A DNA stretch of 64,000 bases from Phoronis australis (GCA_002633005.1 NMRA01000165.1:501541-565540), one strand, 5' to 3'. Counted from the stretch's first letter, positions 12,929 to 26,054 are shown. Numbers and translations: made by a program. The notes: generated by a model not told the origin, from the sequence alone.

Positions 12929-14633
12929 TTAAAAACCCGTTACTTGACACTCTTAAAGTTGAATTCAGTATAATAATGTTACCAGAGCAATTTATGTGGG
13001 CCGCGTGTTAAGAATCGTCCGACTACGTTTTCTTACAGTCAAGATAAACTTTTTGTGGTCGATTGACCTGTAATTTGCATATTTAAGACATTGCTTAAGT
13101 ACGCACTTTATTTTATTAGTCGAAAAATATAGTCAGTGTGCTAGCTGAAGATAACTAATTAGTGAGCAACTGCTAATATTTGATTAATTGTCTATATTGT
13201 ACTACATGTATCATGATGGGAAATTTCTTAGCTTCTGTCTTAGGATGTGCTTATTTCACAACATTAAGTAAAAGTAGTAGATACTTCTGGGTTTGTCTTG
13301 GCTCACCTACATCAGTTCCATCTCGTTGAAGACAGTTACATGTGGCAGGATACATTCAAAATAGCTGAAGAAGCCTGCATCGTGGAATTAGAATTAACTT
13401 GAACATACATTGTCAGCTCATCAAACATAGCCAGTCACTAAACTGAAACACCGTTTGAAAGTTTTATTTTTGGATTTGGTACATTAATGGCAGAGATTAG
13501 TAAATGCCTCCCTGGAGGTCAAGTTATAGTGACCTTGGTTGTCTGCTTGAGTACATGTCTGTTTTGTATGTCTATGAACTTTGGCTGGTTGTCACAAGCT
13601 CCAATAAAAGGTTTTGTGAATAACTGTTTTTATGCGCCCACATTTTTTTTATGTGGACGCATTATTTCCTTGGTAGTTATTTGTTTAATTGTAGACATCA
13701 GACTATTGTTGTGGTTCTTAATTGTTTTTTCATGATGTTACTTACCGGTATACTATATTCATTTGATAATCCAATGAACAGTGTTTGCCTTGTGGTGCAT
13801 TAGTCAGAAGGATCAATAACCATATCCTCTGCCCTCAAATACTGGTTTGCGTTTGTGTCAATACTGTTGGTGTTGCCTCGTAATGTTATGCGGGACCTTC
13901 CCAGCAAGTCTGGGCATTTAGCCAAATAACTGCAAAATTATAGAATTTAAGTCAGCAAAAGTATAAATCCCATAAAATTTGGTTCTTGACTATTCATACC
14001 AATCTGTCACAAATTATGACACGTGACCTTGATTTTTTGGGAAAATTCAACCAAAAAAGAAAGGTACATTGAGCAAAACAACAGAATCAATATCATGCCA
14101 AAAAGATTCTTATTGTGTTCAAGTCGTTAACTGATTACTAAATTATTGTTTTGTTTTCCTTTTATGCAACTTAAAGTCATTTTCAAGTTTTTGACCTGTT
14201 CTCTTGCGTAAACAATTCTCAACGTCATTTTTAAAGAACAATAATATTCTAAAGTTGAATGTTAATTGGTCAGTTACTTCAGAAATCTATATGATGTTCC
14301 AAATTGGCCATATCTGGACATTTTTCTAGAATACTACATAACTTTAAATTGTTTTGTAGGCAAAAAGCTAATACCAATATCGTTAACTTTGTTTTATGCA
14401 TTATTTTTAAACGTCATAGTTTATCTAGGTCACTTAACAATAAATAACAAGTAACTAGATCAAGCAAAAACTCAAACCAAAATTCTTTCGGGGAATCAGA
14501 TATCAAGTAGGTGCTTTACATCTTATCAAAATTGATGCACGTACAGGGTTCTTCTAGTATTTAGTAAATTATCTACAAAGTGACTTGGAACTAAAATTAT
14601 TAGGAAGTAGGAGAGTGACTAAGTTGGTAGAGC

Positions 14634-14758
14634 AGCTCCATCACACTGCCAGCTCCATCACACTGCCGGCTCCGCTACACTGCCGGCTCCGCTACACTGC
14701 CGGCTCCGCTACACTGCCGGCTCCGCTACACTGCCGGCTCCATTACACTGCCAGCTCC
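14634..14758. repeat. 17-bp GC-rich minisatellite, ~7 copies
   Basis: Tandem (R)GCTCC(GCT/ATC)ACACTGCC units. Confidence 0.92.
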
Positions 14759-15255
14759 TGTACGCCTTTGTCATTCACAGCAAAGCAGAGTATTGCCTCG
14801 CTGTATGAAGACTAGGTGGTGGCATGTGGTAATTCGGTATGGTAAATATTCTCCAATTTGGGGCAGTTTCTTAAAATTTAGGACACCGATGTCCCAGCAG
14901 TGCCAATGTGCCAAAACATTCTGATGTTGCCAGTTCAAATTTGGTCGCGTTTTTGCTAAAGTGATCCAATGTTATGAGCAATAGCATGATTGAACTATTC
15001 TTCATTTTCTATTCAATATCCATTCCTTCATTTTCCTGGAAGGTCGCACATTTCCAGTTCTGTGGAAACCTTGGATACATGGTGACATATCTGAAATCTG
15101 AATGCTGCCGTAAAATACAAGCATATATATGTTGGCATGGCAAAAAAAAATGTTTGACTATCCCTAACTGATTAAGAGATAATTGTACTCCATGATGTAT
15201 GCAATGAGCTTGTTCAAAATTGACTAACACTACATCTTGGCCGTCTTCTTTGCAG

Positions 15256-15405
15256 CCCGTTTTGGCTTCGTCGCATCAAGAAGTATCCAATATACTTCAA
15301 GGGCGGCCCTCAACTGAGGGTGTTCCTGCCTACGTTCTGGATGAAGATGGTCAAGCCTGACTATCCCATGCCTCCGACAAACGTCATGTTTGAAGTACAC
15401 CCTCA
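15256..15405 (+). CDS. MRPL23: Mitochondrial ribosomal protein uL23m, exon 2
   Basis: ttctttgcAG acceptor and GTAAGT donor. Encodes PFWLRRIKKYPIYFKGGPQLRVFLPTFWMKMVKPDYPMPPTNVMFEVHPQ, matching the MRPL23 motif YPxYxxGGPQLRVF. Confidence 0.93.
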
Positions 15406-16701
15406 GTAAGTCATTACCGTGCCACACAAATGCCCAGCATCCAAATATACTGGTGATTTCCTCAGTTTTGCTCCTATCATAAATTATTTTTCAAAAGCAT
15501 TCGTTTCTGAAGAGTTTTACAATGCCACATGGAGCACAATTTAGAATGGCTAAAGCAATTCTATTTGATCCCACTCTTTTTGCAAAGTTAAATGTGTATT
15601 CACCATGTGATCACAAGACCGTCGTTCATCCAAGGGAAAATGTGCCTGTGCCTTCTGAGAGGGGAATATTTCGGGGTGATGGGAAAATTTTACCTCCCGG
15701 TCACCATAAATAGCCCCCTCACTCTGTAGCAAGCCCTTTTGGATTCTGCCTCAAGTAGACAAAACTAACATTTTGTGGTCTTTCAAATTGTCACCTGTGT
15801 GAGTTACAAGTGATTCGAACCTCGTAGGGAATTTTTCAATCACTTGGACATCATGAGGGGAATTTTGCGCGATTTTTCAATATTCTTCAGATGGGAATGG
15901 GGCTGCGGTTTGGCCCCAGTATTGAGGCATTGAGGGTCCTGGTTCAACAGCATGTGGCCTTAAAGGAGAGTTTGAATGCGTCCAGTGTTTTGCAAAGTGT
16001 AACTACATATGTTGCACTAACCAATCTTATTGTGGTCAGAAGTAATTTGGAAATAAACCTGAAAATTGAAATTTGCAAGTGACCTTTGTCACGGATACAT
16101 AGAACTTACATCATGCAGCTTCATGCTGTAGGAATATTAAAATAGTAAAGGGTGTTGAAAGTAAAGGTAAAATGGAAGTTCAAGCATCTCACAAAATAAT
16201 ACAACCCTAAAAAATTCTTCAACTATTTTGGTCCAACTGTCTCCAATCATTTGTGGGGAATTATTCAGATTTCATAATTTTATTACTTCAAAATTATAAA
16301 TTTAGAACAGCTTTTATTTTTCTTTAAAATATTTCCTTGTAATTTTCTGTGTCAAATTATAGGGCAAAGTAGGTACAAGGGGTAAGCCCTCTCCTGGTAC
16401 CTCTAGGGCCCTTAAAATTGATGAAACTCATAATGTCTTATCTTTGGTATTCACCAACATGAGATTTACTTTATGTACCTCCATCCTTGTCAAAATTTTC
16501 TGATTTCCATTGAGACATGAGATCGTGCCATGGGTGCAATTCAAGTGTGGTGAAAGCTCCCTAAATTAATTGTGCAAGCTGGGGGCGATTCTGAAAGTTT
16601 CGCACAGAAAACATGAACCAATGAATGGATTTAGCTGTTGTATTGTAGTGATGACGTGAATGTTTGTGATACTACTCATGAATTTATGCGTTTTCTTTCA
16701 G

Positions 16702-16784
16702 AATGACAAAGTTTGATATAAAAAATTATTTAGAAAAAATATACAAAGTTCGTGTTGCCAAAGTGCAGACTGAAATTAGACAAG
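16702..16784 (+). CDS. MRPL23: Mitochondrial ribosomal protein uL23m, exon 3
   Basis: ttttctttcAG acceptor and GTAGGT donor. Encodes MTKFDIKNYLEKIYKVRVAKVQTEIRQG, the L23 core motif. Confidence 0.94.
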
Positions 16785-17153
16785 GTAGGTAGTCTGTGAA
16801 AGCTTTAACTGGAATATACTTTTTGTGCTTGTCACTGAAAATTGAATCGCGTATACATCCTCATTATAAGTGTCTACAACCTGGGTGCATGGCTTCTGCG
16901 GCTATTGTATTTTGTTTCCATGAGAAGTGTAATCATTTATTTGTCATCTATTGTGAGGAATAATTCAAGTTCTAAAATATTAGAAATTAGCTTTTCTTCG
17001 GTTGTACAGTGTTCACGCTAAAGCTTATGGGCAACAATTTTGGAGCTTTAAACTCACGTTTTTCTAATCAGATTTTTAGTCTTGCTGTAACTTTGAATTA
17101 GTACGATCTCATTTCTCTTACACTAAGCGTTATTGTGCGTCTCTTTGTTTTAG

Positions 17154-17230
17154 GTGAGACTATCAAACATCCCGCCCGTGATTACATCATGTCCAAAGAG
17201 TTTGATAGAAAATTGGCCTACGTTCAGCTG
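17154..17230 (+). CDS. MRPL23: Mitochondrial ribosomal protein uL23m, exon 4
   Basis: ttgttttAG acceptor and GTAAGA donor. Encodes ETIKHPARDYIMSKEFDRKLAYVQL (KxAYVQL L23 motif). Phases are consistent. Confidence 0.93.
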
Positions 17231-17762
17231 GTAAGATATGGTCTTGTATTTTGCTACGTTTTAAGCTATTTGGAACTGGTAGGCTTATCCAGCACCATGG
17301 TGGTGTGCTGGAAGCAAGGCTTCTGCGAAAGGTCACAGACAAGATAAGTAACATTAAAGAAGAATGTTACGTTTTGAAGCGTTTTTGGGTCAATTTGGTA
17401 TACTTTACTTACTTGGAAAGATATTTTGAACCTTTTGGCCAATTTTTCTGGGCCCACGTATGTGAATGCATACTGTCAGGATGTCTGGCATTTCCTGCTG
17501 TCTAATACTGATGACAGACAACAGCAGATTTTGAACCAATCTGATAACTGCTGTGTCCCCAAGTGCTAATATTATTTTTGCGTTTGCCGCTGCATTTTCA
17601 TAGTTCCTTGACAGATTTTCATGAAATTTGGCAAATAGGAATAAGGAGACAACATTGCCATCTCTTTTCGGACTAATTTGATATATTCTGCACTATCTAG
17701 TTGCATTCCGAGTTCTTTTTTGGCATATGAATCTCTATATGCTCACATTTTGAAGTCATTGT

Positions 17763-17830
17763 CACGGGCGGCACACCATAGGGGGCTGGGGGTATAGCCC
17801 CCCACTTTTTTCAGTGCTACGCCGCCCATG
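17763..17830 (+). mobile_element. 68-bp MITE with 5-bp TSD (hAT5-like)
   Basis: TIRs CACGGGCGGC / GCCGCCCATG; ATTGT on both sides. Same family as 50198-50342 and 63371-63476. Confidence 0.8.
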
Positions 17831-17962
17831 ATTGTGAAGATTGACAAATGTGTTTCTGATGAGAAGACAGCAACTGACGTTGATTTTTGGACAGGCTCCA
17901 CTATTTTGGTCCCCCCTAGTGGCATTCATCTGCGGCTGTATCTCCTCAATCCTATGGTGGAT

Positions 17963-19461
17963 TTTTATGCGCCCACATATTTATGTGTGGACGCATTATG
18001 CCGTCATCTCCGTCCGTCCGTCCGTATGGGCGGCATCCGTCCGGCGTCCGCTGCTCTATCTCCAAAACCCTTTGACATATGTTCATGAAATTTGGCACAA
18101 AATTTGGCACATACGTTCCATTTATGAATGGGACGGCATGTGCGAACTTTCGGACGGATCCGACTACCGGTGTGCCCCCTAGTGGCAATTTTAGTTTTTT
18201 ACGCTTACCTTTGTATCTTCAAAAGTCCTGAACGGATTTTCATGAAATTTGGTATGTAGGCACCTATTAGTGAGATGACGCTCTCCTGCGGTTTTCAGAT
18301 GGATTCGACCTAGTTTGCGCCACCTAGTGGCCATTTTTAGTGTTTTCGAGTCTGTTTTTGTGCGTCCACCCCTCTATCAACCAAACCGCTCAAAGACTGA
18401 CTGTGAAAATTGGCATGTATATGCTTACTATGTAGAGGACGGTTGACGATGATTTTCCGACGATTTCGACCACTGTGCCGCCTCCTAGTGGCAGTTTTTT
18501 TTTTTGCGCCTATGGCTGTATCTCCTAAACCGTTCACAGGATTGTTACGAAATTGTGTAAGTATATTTATATGATGTTAGTAACGGAAGATGACGACTTT
18601 TGGATGGATCCGACTACCGGTGTGCCCCCTAGTGGCAATTTTATTTTTTTTACGCTTACCTTTGTATAATCAAAAGTCCTGAACGGATTTTCATGAAATT
18701 TGGTATGTAGGCACCTATTAGTGAGATGACGCTATCCTCCCGTTTTCAGATGGATTCGACATAGTTTGCGCCACCTAGTGGCCATTTTTAGTGTTTTCGA
18801 CTCTGTTTTTGTGCGTCCACCCCTCTATCAACCAAACCGCTCGAAGGATGATTGTGAAAATTGGCATGTATATGCTTACTATGTAGAGGACGGTTGACGA
18901 TGATTTTCAGACGATTTGAACTACTGTGGCGCCTCCTAGTGGCAGTTTTGTTTTTTTGCGCCTATGGCTGTATCTCCTAAATCGTTCGCAGGATCTTTAC
19001 GAAATTTAATAAGTGTATTTATATTATGTTAAAAACAGACGATGACGACTTTTGGATGGATCCGCCTACCAGTGTTCCCCCTAGTGGCAATTTTATTTTT
19101 TACGTTTACCTCTGTATCTTCACAAGTCCTTAACGGATTTTCATGAAATTTNAGTAGAAATTTGTTTCTGGCATTCTAATGCTGTGCTAATCTCGTATGT
19201 TGGTAAATTTGTTTTTAATTCTATGTTTCTGTGGTGCTTTAAGCAACTGATGCATAGGATGTGCTTGTATTATGAAGATCACTCACATTTTGCCCCTAGC
19301 CTATTGAGGAGACAATGAAAATGCCTTTCCATTTTGCAAAATACAACATACTACATATATGCCCTCTACTGGCCACTTTATGGTACCAATAAACAACCCT
19401 AGAAGGATACCGTATGTGGTGCAATTGTGGGCGCATTTCAACGCTCTGCGTTGCTCTTGTT
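17963..19461 (+). mobile_element. Helentron-associated (HINE/DINE-1-like) element with internal ~150-bp tandem array
   Basis: T-run insertion site; 5' subterminal IR ATGCGCCCAC with partial inverted copy GTGGACGCAT; (GTCC)n microsatellite; tandem array; 3' subTIR GTGGGCGCAT (19427-19436); terminal hairpin CAACGC-TCT-GCGTTG followed by CTCTTGT. Confidence 0.8.
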
Positions 19462-21405
19462 TCCATATGCAGCTGACAGTGGATGACAGTAAGTGCCCCT
19501 AGTGGCAATTTAATTTTTTTACATTTTCCTCGGTATCTTTGTATAGATTTTTTTTGTATCTATTTGTAAAATTTGGCAAATAGATTTCTGTTAAGAGGAT
19601 TACAATGCTGTTCCATTTTCAGGTTGATTCGTTGTATTTTTGCACCATCTAGGTATCATTAAAACTGAACAGATATGTTCCTTATCAGAAGACTTTGGTT
19701 GATGTTGATTTTTTGACGGGTCTGACATCTGTGGGGACCCTGGTGGTGATTTTGTCTTTTGCATCCTTGGCTGTGTCTCCCGTAATCCTTTGCAGGATCA
19801 TTGTGAAATTTTGCAAGTGTTATCCTATCACAGCTACAGCTGTTCACTTATGGACAGCTCTGACTATAGCTGTACCCTCTAGTTGCAATTATAGTTTTTA
19901 CAATTTATTACTAACCTTGGCAGTTCTTTAAATGCATTTCTTGGTGCCAAATGTGCAAGATATTTGAGAGGATTTCAGCTACAGTTCATAGGAAATTTTC
20001 AACAGCCATTTTCAACAGCCATTTTCAGGTCTTTTTTCGATGCTTTTGGCAGTTTAAAATATCTGGGTTTAATGCTTGTCTGGGCAGATTTGCAATTTAT
20101 GTACGAGGGATGAACTTTTTAATTTTTTTACCTCTATCAGCTATCCTTAAATACTTGGGAATTGTTTTAAATTTTAAAAAAGAGATTTTGATTACTGGTA
20201 TGTCTGTAGTTTAATCTTTTTTACAAATCATTGATGTAACATTGGCCAAGAGCACACCAGTTGTTTTGTATGACAAGGTAATCATCAAGATTAGTTTGAA
20301 GTAAATTACATGTAAGAACATGTATATGTATTTATACTTCAGGCAGCAAATTTCCCTTGAGACAACTTTTGTTGAACACGACCTTTGTTTTTAATGGCCT
20401 TTATAAATACAGTGTACACGCTGCCATGGAACATCGTGTTCAACAAAACTTGCATGTAAACTTCACGACGGTGTTACATTGTTCTTTTGATGATTTCAAT
20501 GAAACTTGTTTAAAATGCTGTTGAAGCGTCATCAAAAGCAGTTGCTCGCCTATTCAAGTTTACATTAAGAGCCCAAAACAGTTCACCAGCAAAACGTGTT
20601 TCATAGAAAAACATCTTCAGCAACTTCCATTGTGTTAAAAAAGCACACATATTTTGTTTTGTACGTGAATAATTTTGCTCTCGAATATATTTCAGTGTGA
20701 CAAAACTCTCTGGTGTACCTAAATGTAGTCACAAGTTTTCTAAACAAACCGCTGGGGAGCCCTGACTGACTGCAAGACAGGGACCCCAGGCCATGTTGTG
20801 TGCCAGCCTTTTACATTGTAGGGGTAAAAAAATTGACACACATTTCCAGGTACACGCCAACACTCAAACACGCAACAAAAGTTGTGTCCACCCACGCAGT
20901 AGTTAGGGTAATTTAACAGATATTCTGCTGTATAATAATCACAGAACTACACAACCAAAATAGACTGCCCCTTCAATTGCACTCATGCTATGTTTCATGG
21001 ACTCGCACCGTTTTTTGCTTCTGGGAAGGCGCAGTAAAGGACTCTAAGCCAAAAGTTATGACACTTGTGAGCATGTCACACAATAGTGTATTTAATGAAA
21101 TGAAGTGCTTTATGTATTAGATTATTACCTGTTTCTGGCATTATTTCTCAAGTCAAATGGCTAACTGAACATAGTTATTACATGAGAAAGGCAAGGGAAC
21201 ATTACTCATACCGGTTGACATGTTTGGAACTTTCCTTTTAATTTTCATTAACTCCATATTTATAGAAATCAACTTGAAAGTTCACAATACCAAGTATTAA
21301 GCAAACCTTGACAAATTGATGCACATCTCTTGCATGTGACTTAGTTTTGTGTGTCTTATGTGATTTCAATGTTTATTAATGGGTACCCATTCTTTTCTTT
21401 TTTAG

Positions 21406-21558
21406 GCCAATGGACAGACTTTTGAATTTCCTGATATTTTTGGAAAGACACTGCCATCTGACAAAGAAATGGAGAATTTGAAAAAGTCACAAACAGAGAA
21501 CTTAAAACAACGAGCTAAGAATTGGGACAAATTAGACATTCCACCGTGGTTTAGGTAG
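21406..21558 (+). CDS. MRPL23: Mitochondrial ribosomal protein uL23m, exon 5 (terminal)
   Basis: Polypyrimidine tract and AG acceptor. Encodes ANGQTFEFPDIF...DIPPWFR-stop, matching the MRPL23 GQTFxFPDxF motif and PxWF end. Spliced CDS is 492 nt. Confidence 0.93.
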   Translation, partial: ANGQTFEFPDIFGKTLPSDKEMENLKKSQTENLKQRAKNWDKLDIPPWFR

Positions 21559-24348
21559 TTGGACCTCTGGTGGTAGTGATAAAACTTGTTTGTTTTATGA
21601 ACCGGCTGTAAAACAAAGAATTCCTCCATAGGAGGGACACTACCAGAGCAGGGGAGATAATGTGGACTTTATGTCTCACTTTTGGGGTACTGGGTATCAC
21701 ATTTTTGTGCAGACGTAAAGTAATTTTGAAGAAAGGTTTGCACATTTCTGGCTTTGTTGAAGTTATGGAGGAAAGCAGTTGAAAAATAGCACAGTCACAA
21801 ATTAAGCACAATTTTTTGCTTCAAAATTTGGTTGGTTTTCAACGAGAAGAAATATCGTCAACATGTTTTGAAAATTACTGTACAGTAGTTAACAATTTTG
21901 GGGCTGGGGCCTAATCTTTGTACTCCATTCGTTCGAACTCAAGCTAAGTGTGTATTAGTGTGTGCTCAAGCACAAATGGTTTATGCATATCACTTTCTAG
22001 TCGCAAGTTTGCACTTGATGACCCCTAGATACAAGCTACAAACTCAAATAAAAACTCAATATTTCAAGTAAAATCTCGAAATATCGAGTTCAGTCTCAGT
22101 TTAGCCTCAAGGCCAGGGGTCATCACGTGCAAGTTAGGATTAAGCAATCTTCCATATACAGTAAACTACTGAGTTACAAAGTTGTTTACCCTTATCTTTT
22201 GTTAGTATTAAAATAGAACGTAAAATGTCAAACAAAATTGATATTGAGTTGATATTGAGTACAAAGGTTAGACCCCGGGTTCTGGCTTTAGGCCAAACTA
22301 ATAACAAGTAATAGATAAAAAGCTTATAGGCATTAATTGATATTGTTTTTACAATATATGCACCTGTCCAAATGAACTGTAAACATCATCACTGAAAACA
22401 AAACACAACTCTGAGGTGACCTGTACAAACAACCAATCACTCAAAGAATCTGAGACCAAATGAAACTCTCTTTGAATAACGACAGTACATCTATGAAGCT
22501 AAATTCTGGCCTTGACTCTCATCAAGTTTTTGTTTCTGCCACTGCACATTTTGGCTCAAATGCTTTGTCTTGTTAGGGGCATTTTTCACCTTAGTGTTGC
22601 ATTTTGTTTTCACTGATAGTATAGTAAAAGGCAAAAGTAATCAGACAAAATACTGTTTTCAAAAAATGGCTGGTTCCAACTATTACAAGGGCAAAATTGT
22701 AATTGTGAAATGGTTTGGTCACCTTATTAAGTTTCTTGTAAATTTCGCTTCATTCTCAGTCACTACTATGGCGATGGATTCAGATTCTACCCAGCGATCA
22801 TGAAGGAGAATTAGGGCTCATTTTGTCTGAATATTTACGACGTGTAGTGAATATCGTACATATGACATCAATTAATACTTAACCACCTATTATCCATTAC
22901 TGTTACGAAACAATACTTGGCTTTTGCACTTTATAAATTGTTGTAATAAAAATTAAGTGAAATTAAGTTGGCATTAAAACATGTCTGACAACTACATACA
23001 AAAATTCCGTGCCGCAATTTCAAGAACTTCATGAATTTAAAACAGACTCAGGTTATGTAGGACCTTGGAAAATGTTCGAATTTTGCTAAATTTGTAACAT
23101 CACTCATCAGAAAAGGCCGATATATTCTCATGAAGCTTTCACATACCACGCTTTATGCGCTGTTCTACAAAATGTTGTTAGAAATTGTTTTAATAATGTC
23201 ACATTTTTGCATGACTTTTATGAAAAAACCAAAAGATGCATACAATGAAATGATCATTTAAAAAACTGAAACGGCATTCTTGGGATTTCATCTTGAACAT
23301 TTATTTACATCACATCAAATATGGTCGTGTTGATTAATTTGGTGTGAATGTTCCAGTTTATTATAAATTCCACTTGTGACATACTCACGTGAGCCAAATA
23401 ATGACAGGTTGCTAAAACTTCCAAGACATTCTACATTTCTACTTTCACAAAATGCATACTTTTAGTTCAAATTCTTAGTTTTGTTTGACTTGTTAATAAA
23501 GTTCTTCATAACTTAAAATTATTGAAATACTTGCAGAAACTTAGTTCAGCTTAGAGCCCTATTTTGTAATTTTTCATCTTAGAAATACCAGAAATGCGAC
23601 TATCACAAATTAAGGTGAAAATGAACTTCTCTATTCAATAGGCAACTTATATCAATGCCATTAGTTTGAAATGTACGAGTGAGAAATCTCTTGTGTTTCA
23701 TAAAACAAAGACTTGCTGTTTGCTCAGCAATTTATACCTTCCCAAATAGGTGTGTAGGTCATTTGGGACGATCTATCACGATTAACTTCATTATGCATAT
23801 GTGGAATTTTGCACACGTGCCTGTATGTGAAACTCTTTGGGAAAAGCAAGGAGAAGTTCAAGATCAAAGTGAAGCTCTATTGATTTATGTTTGCAAATGA
23901 AAAAATTACTAAAAGACATGCACATGTGCCCCCAGAGGTTTAGGCATGGTGCGAAACACTTGAGCTAAAATTATTTCTTGAAAAAAGCATTCCTTCGGAT
24001 ATAAGTGTAAGGGTCTAAAAACATGCATGTACTAAGCCATGTTTCATTCAACAGTATGGCTGAACTCTGTAAACAATGAAAGGAATGAAGTAATTTATTT
24101 TAACTATTACACAAGATTGGCAAAAAAATAACTTTACTTGTCTAAAGTGAACAATTCTGAATTCAATACATTAAAAATTTGAGTCTTCAAACCTCCATTC
24201 AGAAGAACAGAAACCACAAATTGATTAGTCCGAGTTCCAAAATGTATTTTTGCAACGTGCTTGAGGTTCATTCTTGATACTATCCTCTGCCAAATTCAGT
24301 AATTATTTAAAGCACTGTTCTGCACATAATTTCTTCATCCACAAGTTC

Positions 24349-24354
24349 TTTATT
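24349..24354 (-). other. Candidate NUP37 polyadenylation signal AATAAA
   Basis: TTTATT on the + strand about 150 nt downstream of the NUP37 stop codon. Confidence 0.4.
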
Positions 24355-24501
24355 CCCTCCTCACACCTGTGACTCCCACAGTCACTTCACCCATCAAGTG
24401 GCTTCCATTTGATCAGTAAGAGTCTATGACAAGGCATTCCATCTGATCACCATCAAGGGTATTTTAATAACGTGCTACATAGTCCGGGTGGTTCCACTTG
24501 A

Positions 24502-24633
24502 TCAAAACCTGTCAATAACCCAGAAGTAAACCTTCCCATCGCCACCTACAGCCACTATTGGTAATTTGTGATGCCATGTCAGACCTGCCCCATAGGGTAC
24601 GCTACCAGTCACCATGTTGTGTAAGAAGTTACT
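24502..24633 (-). CDS. NUP37: Nucleoporin Nup37, exon 7 (terminal)
   Basis: SNFLHNMVTGSVPYGAGLTWHHKLPIVAVGGDGKVYFWVIDRF-stop (GLxWHxxLP..GGD.K..FW). Spliced CDS is 981 nt = 326 aa. Confidence 0.92.
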   Translation of the reverse strand, partial: SNFLHNMVTGSVPYGAGLTWHHKLPIVAVGGDGKVYFWVIDRF

Positions 24634-25049
24634 CTGAAAAAAGCAAACAACTGATAATATACGTGCTAGATAATTTAATTATAGGCTTTATCACCTAGTA
24701 TGAAGCTCGGATTGCCAACAGAAAGCATGGGCTCAAAAATACAAAGGACTAATGAGAAATGTGAAGAACAGGATTGTGATGGAGAAGGATGGACCATTTC
24801 TTCATTTCATGGTCTCAGATCGTGTTACAGAATGTCATGTCGTGTGTCAAATGCTGAAACGTCATTCATCTTGCCATCACAGAACTAAAGATGTACACCA
24901 GTACGAAAAAAGATAATATTAAATTTCATGCAAAGAAACAAATTCAACTCCCAAAACTGTAGCTCCCAAAATTGTAAGGTTCAACCCTCGTTCAATACAG
25001 CTGCTGCGGTATTGCTAATGACATCCGCTTCAAAACTGATATTCATCTC

Positions 25050-25237
25050 ATGCTTTGCAGTTTGCTAATAAATCAATAGTCCCACTTTCACAGTCTTATG
25101 CTTTGCAGTTTGCTAATAAATCAATAGTCCCACTTTCACAGTCTTATGCTTTGCAGTTTGCTAATAAATCAATAGTCCCACTTTCACAGTCTTATGCTTT
25201 GCAGTTTGCTAATAAATCAATAGTCCCACTTTCACAG
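25050..25237. repeat. 48-bp minisatellite, ~4 near-perfect copies, in the last NUP37 intron
   Basis: Tandem ATGCTTTGCAGTTTGCTAATAAATCAATAGTCCCACTTTCACAGTCTT. Confidence 0.95.
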
Positions 25238-25543
25238 CCCCTGCCGCATCGCTCATTCGTTTCTCCAATTTTTCATCCATCCTTCACATTTCTTAGGTCA
25301 GTTCTCATTGGCAGCCCAAGCTCAACTCATTGCCAAATGGGAAGTATAACCCGCCACAAAACAACCCCAGTTCAAGTTGTTTTACTTCAAGGGTGGCCTA
25401 AATAGGCATGCTCTAATTTCTGAATAGGAGTACAACAATTCTTCGGTTTTTGCAACGTTGCTAGAATTGTCTTTTAAAAGCTGACTGTAGTAAGGTGCTA
25501 TAAAATAATAAACAGTGTTGTTTTATAATAGCCGTGACACTAT

Positions 25544-26054
25544 AGGCCCTTTCCTACTGATGTCAATGTTCTGGGAAGTTGTGGTCAGTATGAACGGTTA
25601 ACTTTGGTCCTGGATCGAAGTTAGCAGCACAGGATAACTTTGCAGTAAACAGGTGGATTTAACAGCGGAGCGTCGATGCTGCGATGCAGTATGAACAATA
25701 AACTTTGAGTCCCATCAAAGTTATCACCAGGTGCCACTGTTATAGTCAACAATTAAAGGGCAATGTCGTAGCTAATAGTTGCTTACATTTTGCTCAAATA
25801 ATCACTAATCAAATTAGAAATAAGTTTTATGTCAATTAGCTCATGTAAATGTTCCCAAATTGTCACATTAAAAAAATCTTAGCGTGCACACGATGCATCA
25901 GTGCTACCTTGCGATTACTTCAATGACAACAGCGTCACATGCTGTTTACTTCGATGTCCGTTAACTACCGAAGTCGGTTTGAAAGGTTCAATTAACTTCG
26001 CAGTTTACGTCGACGCTCCTCTCAGACTGGAGGTAAGTCAGTATGAAAGGGCCT
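25544..26054. mobile_element. PIF/Harbinger-like MITE
   Basis: TIRs AGGCCCTTTCCTACTGA / TCAGTATGAAAGGGCCT (1 mismatch); 3-bp TAT on both sides. Confidence 0.65.

Noticed and set aside
18150-19152. Regularly spaced repeats superficially like a CRISPR array
   Set aside because: The intervening sequences are themselves repeated, there are no cas genes, and the context is a eukaryotic intron.
24470-24504. Possible UGA readthrough or selenocysteine at the NUP37 stop
   Set aside because: The protein is already full length (326 aa), an in-frame TAG follows within 9 codons, and no SECIS was recognised.
25055-25405. ORF with a repeated 16-aa unit
   Set aside because: An artefact of the 48-bp minisatellite, antisense inside a NUP37 intron.
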